Shown: in pieces, positions 53,213 through 64,000 of the stretch
How positions within the stretch are numbered: the first letter of the stretch is position 1
How the letters are laid out: each line of letters starts with the position of its first letter
Source of the DNA: Octopus vulgaris
Taxonomy: Eukaryota
NCBI GenBank assembly: GCA_951406725.2
Contig: OX597817.1
Coordinates: 134,292,001-134,356,000 of the forward strand
DNA length: 64,000 bases
Direction of reading: 5' to 3'
Notes under the pieces: model-generated
Databases searched by the model: none
What the model saw: only the letters and a program-made list of their open reading frames with translations
Told to the model about the DNA's origin: nothing
Program-made: the position numbers and the translations under genes

Positions 53213-55466
53213 ATGCCACGTACAAAAGAAGCCTTGGAACTGTCTGAATTTTAAAGAGGCCGTATTGTGGGCAGATCTAACGGTGGACTTAGCGTAAAAT
53301 CGCAGAAAACTTTGGGATCCCGCTTTGTACAGTTAATAGAGTGATTGGGTAATTCACCACAGAGGGGAAGGAGTCCACATCACCTCGCCCAGGTCGACTA
53401 GGGCTCACTGACAGGATCCTTCGCTTTGTTAAGAAAATGTGAAAGATAATCTTCGTTGGAAAGTCTCTGACATAGGAGAACACGTTGATATTAGTCTCAG
53501 AAAAGTTGGCAGGTATCTCTGCAAATTTGGCAACTATGAGAGAGCAGCAAGAAGGAAGTCACTTCTTCGACCAGCCAATATCAAGCGGAAAAAAGATTTA
53601 GCCGGTGAGATGGTGGGAAGACCATTAGAATTTTGGGACACTATCGTATTATCTGATGAGCCCCGATTTGTTGTATAAGGTAGTTCCAAAAATAATGGCC
53701 GATTTCAGACACAATTTTATTCTGGAAAAATTAACAGTAGAAATGTTTTGATTAGTCAAAGTATAAGCAGTGAACATCCATGCATTTCTGCCATCGATAA
53801 ACAAGATTATTTATGCCTCGTTGATAAAAACTTATTGGCTTTGATGCTAAGAAATCTTTGAAAGCTGATTCCACATACGGTTTGGGACCTGAAAGTTTTA
53901 TAATTTAAAAACATGTTTAAATGCTTGAAAATGGTAGTCAGTGGGGCAAAGGCCTGGAGAATGTAGAGGACGTGGCAAAGTCTCGTATCCCAAGACTGAC
54001 TTTCTGCAACGTCATTCTTGCAACATGTAACTTTGCATTATCATGGAGCAGAATTGGGCCACGCCGATTCATCAATGCAGGTCTCATTTTTTGCAAGTGA
54101 GCATGCATTACAGCGAGTTGATTGCAGTAAACCCTGCTGTAATGCTTTGATTGGCTTTCGGAAAGCTGTTACAGACAACACCATTTTAAGCCACCAGACA
54201 GTCACTTTTGCTGATGGAAATTTGACATTGGGAAATGTTTGGGGAACTCATCACGATCACGCCATTGACCTGATCGTTTACGGTTGTCATAAAGGATCCA
54301 CGTTTCATCACAAATAACTATTCGGTGAAGAAAAGGATCATTGGTGTTTCGCAGAAAGAGCATGGTGCACACTTCAAAACGCCGAACTTTTGATTTTCAT
54401 TGAGCTCATGCAGTACCCATTTATTGAGCTTTTTCACCTTACCAATCTTCTCCAGATTGCGTGAGACCGTTGCATTACCGACACCAAGTGCCTGAGACAT
54501 TTCTCTGACACTTCTCAATTGTTCATTGTCAAGACCTCATGACCATCCTCTACCTTCTTCATCTTCAAGGCTCTCATCACCACTACGGAATTTCTGAAAC
54601 CATCTCCTTAATGTGCGATCATCTGTGGACTCCTCTCCCCATGCTCTGGTGATATTGGCAGCTGTTTGGGAGGCCTTATCCCCAAGCTTAAACTCATGGA
54701 AGAAAAGTAAGTGAAGGTCCTTTTTGTCATGTTAATAATTAAGGGCGCCTATGCTTTAAGAATATTTTCTGTCCGAAATAAGTAGAAAATTATTAAAGAG
54801 CATACATCAATTAATAAGTATGCCAAAATTTGCCTAAGATATAATTAAAATACAGTGATAAAATTGTGTTTCAAACCGTAACACTTAGAGCGGCCATTAT
54901 TTTCGGAACAACTTAATATTTTCTGACAGTAGTCGAGTGTGGATCTAGAGATTCTGTGATCAAGAATTTGACGTGAAAAGATTATAGCCAACAGTGAAAC
55001 ACGGCAGCTATTCTGTGATTGTCTAAGGAGCAATTTGGAACAATAGTTGATCAGAGCTGGTGGAGTGTGAGGAAACATAAACTCAGATAAATATATGTCC
55101 ATATTGCAGAAAGGACTTCTTCCAAGCCTTCTCCAGTGCTGATATGATTCAAGAAGATTATTTATGGAAGATGGGGCTCCTTGTCACACGGCTAAAAAGA
55201 CGCAAGACTGATTGGAAAAGAATGATATAAAAAAGCATTCATGACCAAACCGGTCATCGGATATGGACCCTATTGGACACTTCTAGGCCATAATGGACAG
55301 GACACTTCATAAAAAGAACAAGAAAGCATCTTCAAAGCCAGATCTTTTGAGATTACTGCAAGAAACTTGGCAAGAAATTCCTCAAGAGAATATTGATCAT
55401 ATGATCAGAAGCAAACCTAATAGTTTCCTTGCATTGAAAAATGTAATGGGCATGTCTACTAAATAA
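53213..55466 (+). pseudogene. Decayed Tc1-family transposase, interrupted by a mariner
   Basis: MPRTKEALELSEF*RGRIVG; FWDTIVLSDEPRFV|VFSDSSRVWI; PTVKHGSYSV; MEDGAPCHTAKKT; SSDMDPIGH. Confidence 0.9.
53676..54916 (-). mobile_element. Full-length decayed mariner element, 1241 bp
   Basis: TIRs TAAGGTAGTTCCAAAAATAATGGCCG / CGGCCATTATTTTCGGAACAACTTAA with TA duplication. Transposase remnant 54730-53752: MTKKDLHLLFFHEFKLG, RRWFQKFRSGDESLEDEEGRG, WVLHEL, HSPGLCPTDYHF. Confidence 0.93.
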
Positions 55467-56289
55467 CAGATATTCACATTATGATAATTGATAAATATTT
55501 TGAATGTATAATTTCAGATTTAAATAAATGTTAACGATTTTAAGTGTGCCTGTTTGCTTCTGTCATGTCTGAGTATTTATGCATATACCTGTTTGCATGT
55601 CTGCGTGCACGTGTGTGTGTGTGTGTATGTGTGGCGACGTGTATATGAAGATTGCACTTGGGATTCGAAAACAGATGTGTTCGCAATATTCAAATTTATT
55701 CTTTTATACTGCGATAAGAAAATCTTAACCTGTTTAATTGATCCTCCATTATCTTCTATGCCTGCAGGCCTCAGAGCAGAATTCTTTTTAGTAAAACCTA
55801 AAATAACTGGGAAAATAGATTTTACGCGTTGCACCTTGAAAAATCATTTAAGTAGTGATGCTGTTGATAAATATGTTGGTTCCATTTGCTGTTGTTCTGA
55901 ATTTAGAAAGTGAAAACAGTAAGTATCTAGTACATATGTTCCCACAAAACTACAGTGAGTGCACTGTTAGCTAAGCAGACGTACGAGGTAATTTCTTTCC
56001 TTAATCATCCTTGTACTGTAACGAACTGAGCGAAAACAAAGCCCTGTTAGGACTGTTTCCATCCATGACACACACTGCTTTTGCTATCATATCTCTGTGC
56101 TTTATTTTTACTCGGACCGATTTATCCTGCTTAATACCTGTCATAACAATTAGCAACACTTTAGAAATAATTCTCGGTGATGTCTCTACACATTCTTCAA
56201 AGATGTTGCTTTGCATTCCACACAATTATGTAATACTTATCACTATCATCATCATCAGATGCAGCAGCAGCAGCATTATAAGCTTCGTC

Positions 56290-56615
56290 ACATAAGAATC
56301 ATTAGAGCATCGGAAAATATGCTTTAAGTATTTGTTCCGGCTCTTAACCTTTGTGTTTATATCACGCCAAGGCCAATCTTGCATTCTATTCTTTCAGAAC
56401 AGGTACAATAAATATAAATCACTAGTCGTGTACCGGAGTCGATGTAACCGACTTACCCAACTCCAACTAGTTGGCCTTGTGCCTTCATCCGTCTTTACGC
56501 CCTAAGTTCAAATGCCGCCGAGGGCCACTCTGCCGTTACTAAAGTAAGTACCAGTTGAACACTGGGGTCGATGTAATCGACTTATCCCCATCCTTGTGCC
56601 AAAATTTGAAATTAA
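56290..56615 (+). mobile_element. Two SINE family B fragments
   Basis: GTTCAAATGCCGCCGAGG, TAAGTACCAGTTGAACACTGGGGTCGATGTAATCGACTT; (TTA)n tail. Confidence 0.7.
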
Positions 56616-57253
56616 TATTATTATTATTATTATTTCTTCTATTCAGTAGTCCTATTATTATTCCATGCTTCTACTGCGCCACCAATCACCATTTTTTTCG
56701 GTTTTGTGGTTTTTGTTGTCGTTCTATATTTTCTATTATGACGTATGACGCCTGTTGTTGTCACACAGTCTGCTTCTGTGCTGAACCGAACACTCAGCCA
56801 TAAATTTTACTCAGACATATATAAAGATCAGGCTATTTCTATCTGATAATACGACTAAAACTTGGCGTAGATATTGGTTTCTGTGTATTATTAGATTTGA
56901 AAACAAATTACGACAGGATTATGTTATGATACAGCAAAAGCAGAATTATTTATTATAAAACAAATTTACCTTCAAGTAGAACATCAAAATATTTTACGAC
57001 CGCCACTATACAATACCCAGTACTACTATTATTTCTAAGCGTGTAAGTTTGGCGATTTGGGCCCCGTGGTTATCCGCATCGACTATAGTAGGTGTTGTTT
57101 CTGTGTTCAGTCCTTACTTTGTGGTTATCGCTATTTCAAGATCAAAACATGTAGAGGATTTCTTTGTATCTCTGAGACATATTGTGTGTCAGAAATGATG
57201 CAGTATCTCGGAACTATTTCCTTCCCTATTCATTATTGATAGCGATTTGCAGT

Positions 57254-58117
57254 AGATTGATTTGATTTGATCTAGCTTCATCTTACGATCTGTGGCCATG
57301 TTGGGGCACCGCCCTTTGGTTTTGCTACATAATTTTACTTCACGGGTGTTTTTTAGGAATTGACATTTGGTGCATGAGGGAGTTTGATGCCACTGCCCTC
57401 ATGTGAACCTACTGCCGCGAAGTTGGTTCATCTGGGACACTTGGCAGTAAGAGGTCCAGTTTTATTTTGAAGACACCTACGTCCACCCCATGCAGGTTTC
57501 TCAGGTCCTTCGGGGGGATATTGAAGAGCTGTGGTCCTCTGAAACCCAGACTCTTGCATTATCTTGTCCTTTAACTTGATGGCAAATCTGGAGTCCTTGG
57601 CACTATGCAGTGGCGCCTAGTTATAGTATTTGTGACTCTCGATGCCAAAGTTTGGGACAAGTCCCTCTAGGATCTTCCAGATGTATATTAGGGCATATCT
57701 TTGTCGCACACGCTCTAAGGAATAGAGTCTTAATCTGTTGAGTCTTTCCCTGTAGCTTATATGCTGCATAGAGACTATCTTCGTGTAGCTTCGTTGGATT
57801 GACTCAAGTTCTCAGATTAATTTCACACTGGTTTGTTACCATAGCTGAGAGCAATAGTCAAAGTGGCTTAGGACAAGTGTCCTCCAGAGGGCCAATATGG
57901 TTTCCTGAAATCTTGTTCGAAAAGTTCTGAGAATCCATCCGGTCAGCCGCCTGCATTTCATTGCCAATTTAGCAACATGAACATGGAAGGATGCATCATT
58001 ACTCATGTAAATGCCCAGGTCTCGCACTAGCTGTGCCTCTGGGATTGCAATGCCTCCAGGTCCAGTGTATTTAATGGGTATTGCATTTAGTTTTGCATGC
58101 TGATAACGGGGTCGAAG
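57254..58117 (-). mobile_element. 5'-truncated, decayed CR1-group LINE related to 23406-28087
   Basis: VRDLGIYM..GWILRTFRTR..HFDYCSQLW and LYSLERVRQRY..IWKI parallel the intact ORF2 C-terminus; 3' motif GGCGGTGCCCCAACATGGCCACAG; (TCAAA)n tail. Confidence 0.9.
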
Positions 58118-58119
58118 TC

Positions 58120-58139
58120 TATGTATATTATATGTGTAC

Positions 58140-58179
<40 letters not shown>

Positions 58180-58292
58180 GTATCTATATATATGTATATA
58201 TATTATATGTATGTGTGCATATAAATATATATATATATATATATATACATATGTATCTATGTTATATGTATATATATTATATGTATGTGTGC

Positions 58293-58340
<48 letters not shown>

Positions 58341-58429
58341 GTATATATATTATATGTATGTGTGCATATAAATATATATATATATATATATATCTATGTT
58401 ATATGTATATATATTATATGTATGTGTGC

Positions 58430-58463
<34 letters not shown>

Positions 58464-58728
58464 TATATGTATATATATTATATGTATGTGTGCATATAAA
58501 TATATATATATATATATATATATGTTTATATATATGTATATAGTATATGTTTATATATATGTATATAGTATATGTTTATATATATGTATATAGTATATGT
58601 ATATATATATATATGTAGTATATGTTTATATATATGTATATAGTATATGTATATATGTATATGTATATACATATATATGTAGTATATGTTTATATATATG
58701 TATATAGTATATGTATATATGTATATGC

Positions 58729-58766
<38 letters not shown>

Positions 58767-58796
58767 GTATGTGTGTGTGCGCATGTGTGTGTGTGA

Positions 58797-58835
<39 letters not shown>
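58120..58835. repeat. TA-based higher-order minisatellite followed by (TG)n
   Basis: Units such as ATATTATATGTATGTGTGCATATAAAT and TATGTTTATATATATGTATATAG recur. Confidence 0.9.
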
Positions 58836-58836
<1 letters not shown>

Positions 58837-59521
58837 ATACTGCAAAGGTGTTTGTAAAACCGCCTTGAGATAATTTCAAATGAAAAATAGTCCGTCTCAT
58901 CTTTCGTCAAACAACACAGAAATGTCTGTTTCGAATAGCTAAGCAAATTTTTGAAATCAGATATTTGAATTCCAGACTCCAAATAGACATGAACCGACGA
59001 GGTGTTGGGTAAAGGTTTGGGTAGAGAATTATAAAACCTTGTTTAATATAGAGAGATGCATGCTAGAAGTGCGTAGAGAAAGATTATCTCACTCAATAAT
59101 TAAGTTATTAACCCCAGGTATCTTGTATGTTAGTTACAGACTTAGAGATAAAACTATATAATGAGCGATAGACATCTCATCGCGCAGTAGTATAGGGCAA
59201 GATGGCGAATATGGGTGAGCCGGTGGCGATCATTGCTTACTGGGTTATATCGTTTAAAACATACACATATATACACATATACAGATGCATACACATAGAT
59301 AAACGCGCATTCACATCTATGAACAAACACACAAAAACATATTCACATATGTATATACAGACATGCTTACATATGCTCAAATACACACACATGCACATAT
59401 AACAGTTCACGTACGCACATGTACACATATATAAACACACACTCACCTGCACACATATAAATATATACAAATAAAAGCACATATGTAAACTCACAAACAG
59501 ACACACCCGTACATACATAAA

Positions 59522-59603
<82 letters not shown>

Positions 59604-60102
59604 TGTATAAACACTCTTACATACACACTGTCTATTCTTATCATGTCTTCAAGGACGTAATACCTTAACTATTGGTTGCGGCTGAATTTAGTTCCACAAA
59701 CATGAGAACAAAAATAAAATGATTATGTAAAAAGAAACACGTTTGAAACAAAACGCGAGAGGCAAAGAAAATAGAAAATAGATAAACAAAATCTACAACA
59801 ACAAAATAGACGTATTACAGCGAAACTTTTCCTGTGGTAGTTACGAAAATAACTCGTCATATCTAAAAACAGATTCGCGATTAGCAGCCAGTAAGAAGAT
59901 CCATTATTTTGGGTATTGTCTTTATTCTTCACCAGTTCTTCACTCATCTTCTCTGTGTTTCAGTGGGTAACTGGAGAAAACTGGAGAGTGTACAGTTGTC
60001 GATTAATTCTCTATTTTTAGAGGAAAACTCTTTAACTATGTCATGGCCTACATCAATACCTTTGACTGTTTCCAACACATACACACACATACGCATACAT
60101 AC

Positions 60103-60141
<39 letters not shown>

Positions 60142-60159
60142 AGAAAGAAAGACAGAAAG

Positions 60160-60320
60160 AAGCGTGGGTGTGGAGTAACAAGTTTGCTTCCCAACCACAT
60201 GGTTCCGGGTTCAGTCTTACTATGTTGTACCATGTACAAGTGTCTTCTACTATTGTCTCAGACAGACCAAATCCTTGGAAGGGGATTTGGTTGACGGAAA
60301 CTGAAAGAAGCTCCTCATAT
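60160..60320 (+). mobile_element. SINE family A, 5' half
   Basis: CCAACCACATGGTTCCGGGTTCAGTC..GACGGAAACTGAAAGAAGC. Confidence 0.8.
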
Positions 60321-60623
60321 ATATATTAAACTATGGTTGCAGAACAAACAAATATAAGGTCATCCACGTAACATTTCATATCTCGAACATTTAATCACAT
60401 AATGCTTTTCCTTTCATATAGAATATACATGCATAATATCACGGAAGATGAAACACAACTCATCAATACAAGCTTATAAGAAAAATATTTTTTAAATGTG
60501 TGAATACAGTCTATCGCGGTTAAAAGTTAATGAATACTACTTTAGCGACTAAATAAATATATATTTTAACATTATAACATCTAGAATAATAAATATATAA
60601 AAGTATAAAGAAATATATAAATA

Positions 60624-61035
60624 GGCGTAGGAGTGGCTGTGTGGTAAGTAGCTTGCTAACCAACCACATGGTTCCGGGTTCAGTCCCACTGCGTGGCATC
60701 TTGGGCAAGTGTCTTCTGCTATAGCCCCGGGCCGACCAATGCCTTGTGAGTGGATTTGGTAGACGGAAACTGAAAGAAGCCTGTCGTATATATGTATATA
60801 TATATAAGTGTGTGTGTATATGTTTGTGTGTCTGTGTTTGTCCCCCAAGCATTGCTTGACAACCGATGCTGGTGTGTTTACGTCCCCGTCACTTAGCGGT
60901 TCGGCAAAAGAGACAGATAGAATAAGTACTGGGCTTACAAAGAATAAGTCCCGGGGTCGATTTGTTCGACTAAAGGCGGTGCTCCAGCATGGCCGCAGTC
61001 AAATGACTGAAACAAGTAAAAGAGTAAAAAGAGTA
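60624..61035 (+). mobile_element. SINE family A, full-length young copy
   Basis: tRNA-like head, internal microsatellite, LINE-like 3' stem-loop and (GTAAAAGA) tail. Confidence 0.95.
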
Positions 61036-61265
61036 TATAAAAAAGATATAAAAATACATATACATAGGAAATATATAAATAAACAATATATAAGGTAAGA
61101 TAAAATTCATCGTTTAGAAATTTTTTCGACTAAAAATTACTTTTCAAGATAAGGGAAAACCTATTGTTAAAAGTCAGTGTCCAAGCAAAAAAAAAAAAAA
61201 AAGGAGAAACCAAATTTACATTCCCTATGGCCATTTCAGGGGTACATCACCGTATTTAATGCACG

Positions 61266-61311
<46 letters not shown>

Positions 61312-62049
61312 TCTGTTGTTTCATATGAGAGAAATCCTAGTCACCACCATAAAGCCACCGATTCACTGTACACTTCGGCAAGATTGCTGATATATTAATG
61401 TGACGTTAATGTCATAAGCGATCACTCATATTTTATTGTTCATTCAATGTTGTAAGAGGCCTTTTTGAAGTTTTCAAGGATGTATTTAAATAAGTGAGAA
61501 CAAATGAACATTAGCTCAGGTTATATTATTTAACCCATTTAATGCAGAAATCTGATATAGCCACTCAAATTATTAATAAAGCAGAAAGCGGTTTCATATG
61601 CAGAGTCTTATCTTTCGGTGAGGTGTATCTTTATGCGGCAACGTGACTTTTAGAAAATTCCAATAATATTCTTTGGCTGAAAATTAAAATCTTCACAGAA
61701 ATTTTTAAAATGGCAAATTTCATTTTACCACATGTGTTGAAATTTCCCGAGTTACTGATTGCACATGTGATTTGCATTCTTGTACTCTGACGTCACTTTA
61801 TGAATGATCTTTACAAGTTCTCTCGCAAATTCGGACACACACACACACGCACACAGACGCGCGCACTCGCACACATACTCACTATAAACTTTATTATGCC
61901 TATTCACTTCTATAATTTAAGTATATAAACCACACTACATACATACATAAAGCACATTACCCATATTAGACATACATACATAGAGTACACTATAAATATT
62001 ATACATACATATATAAACCACACTATATATATATATTGTGTGCGCATAT

Positions 62050-62240
62050 CTTTTACTCGTTTCAGTCATTTGGCTGCAGCAACACCGTGATATGAATAAG
62101 TGTCAGAATAAGTGACAAGCTTAAAAAAATGTCCTATATATCACTTTTGCCCAACAGCAAAGTTAAGGGGACGTAAACACTCCAGCATCGTTCATCAGTC
62201 GATGGTAGAGAACGAACACTCACAAGCACACACATGCTCG
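62050..62240 (-). mobile_element. SINE family A, 3' fragment
   Basis: GTTTCAGTCATTTGGCTGC..GGGGACGTAAACAC. Confidence 0.6.
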
Positions 62241-62254
62241 CACACACACCCATT

Positions 62255-62288
<34 letters not shown>

Positions 62289-62755
62289 CAACGCACACAT
62301 ACACACACACACGCACCCACATATAAACACAAGAATAAAAAAAGACCGGCAGACAGACAGAAAAAAGGAAAATGTCCCTTGCATTTGAAAAATATGAGTA
62401 TATTTTTTTTTAATATCTCATTTAATTTTTCCACAATTTAAGTGTTTTTCATGCTTTACTCCTAAGTTGAAAAAGTCGCAAAGTTTAAAACCGGCACTAA
62501 AATATTCTTAACGATAAAATTATTTTAGCATTTTCTACCTTGTATTATTCTCCTTTCTCTTCCTGCCTTTCAAATCCACCCGCAAGGTTTTACTCGACTT
62601 GAGACACTTGCTCAAGATGTCACAGAAACAAACTTTACCCGTAATAACATGGTTGCCAAGCGAACCTATTAACCGGACAGTTGCGCCTTTAAGTGCGATA
62701 TGTGTGTGCTTCTCTCTCTCTCTCTCCCTCCCCACCTCTCTCTCTCTCTGCTGCA

Positions 62756-62802
<47 letters not shown>

Positions 62803-63562
62803 AGTAAGCACATAAATGCAAAACAAGTTGGAAAAAATAGTACTCGAATACGGAAGGTAGAGTAATATGCTTTTCTATTAAATCTGCATTGCAGCTCTAA
62901 TAAAATGATATACATGTTTGTGTGCGTGCGTGCGTGCGTGTGTTGCGAGTCCTTTGTTCTTACATATAGGTCTATTTGTAGGAATGCAATGAAAACCAAC
63001 ATGGCCGTGAAGTACTATTTATACTTCTGCCATGAGAGTGGGAGAAGGGGAGAAAGCGATGTCAAGATAGAATGAATGAAAGACAGAGATTAGGAGATAG
63101 TAAGAGAGAGAGAGAGGTAGAGAGATAGAGAATGATTGTGAGAAGAAACAGCAAGATGTGTGGAGGGAAATATAATGGAGAGGGTTCATATGTACACATG
63201 AAGGTAAGAGTCCAGGAGTTCAAACGTCCTGATTTGGAACTCGCTAGACTACTGTGTGAAGAGTGAACTTTGTGAAAGAGACGAACAAGCATGCCAACAA
63301 GATACCTGGATAACTTCTAATCGGGGACTTTACGGCCAACAGAAAAAAAAAGAAAAAACGCCATGATCAATGCGCTTAGTTGTCTGAGAAGCCGTACTGA
63401 GATAGAAAGGGAGGTTGAGATCAGTTTTATGGGGGAGACTTCTGCTGGCTGCATGTAAGAATTTGTCTACAAAATTCTATAAAAATATATTGGTTTCTGT
63501 TATAAATATGTGTTTGCCTTATGTTTGGAATTCTCTTCTCAATATTTAAGTCACTATATACA

Positions 63563-63700
63563 TGGTGGCTGTGTGGTAAGAAGTTAGCTTCCAAACCTCA
63601 TGAGCTCGGGTTCAGACCCACTGCGTGACAACTTTACGAGGTGTGTTCTACTATAAACTAGCGCCGACCAAGACGAAAAGTGAAAGAAGCCCATCGTGTA
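63563..63700 (+). mobile_element. SINE family A, 5' fragment
   Basis: GTGGCTGTGTGGTAAGAAG..GGGTTCAGACCCACTGCGTG..TGAAAGAAGCCCATCG. Confidence 0.75.
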
Positions 63701-64000
63701 TGTGTATGTATATATATATATATATATGATAATAATAATAATGATAATGTTTAAAGGATAAAAATCATTAACTATTTATACCAAGTGGTTAGCGCGGAAA
63801 TAAAACCTCATAGGTACATTCTATAAATAATTATAACAAGGCTTGGTTTGTGCCTCACCACGCACTGAAAAATAGACGTCAAGAGACACTATTACCACCA
63901 TAATTTCTCCCAGAGAAACACACTATATAAAAGGCTAGCAAAAGAAAGAAGATGAATGAAAACTTCAGTTAATCGCGTACATGATCGTGTTTCGGGCTTA

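Overview
AT-rich eukaryotic DNA, almost entirely repeats. The repeat families look cephalopod/octopus-like; this is inferred from recalled families, not searched. No host protein-coding exon could be supported. The main feature is an apparently full-length, young CR1-group LINE (23406-28087) buried in a multi-kb (TA)n array. Read across frames, its ORF1 carries an N-terminal Myb/SANT-like domain and two CCCH zinc fingers; the ORF track misses the fingers because of a -1 frame change. ORF2 (APE endonuclease + RT) is intact but has no AUG before the endonuclease. It is reached by an in-phase U UUU UUA slippery heptamer, suggesting programmed -1 frameshifting. The 3' terminal stem-loop motif of this LINE is shared with an older LINE copy and with the most common SINE here. 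A second microsatellite-associated cluster at ~31.8-36.4 kb holds R4/Dong-like RLE 3' ends plus a ~520-bp non-coding repeat in (TAA)n. Also present: ORF1-only L1/Tx1-type elements, a Merlin-like foldback MITE, a piggyBac-like MITE, a mariner nested in a Tc1, hammerhead-like motifs, three SINE families and a SINE rearranged by template switching.
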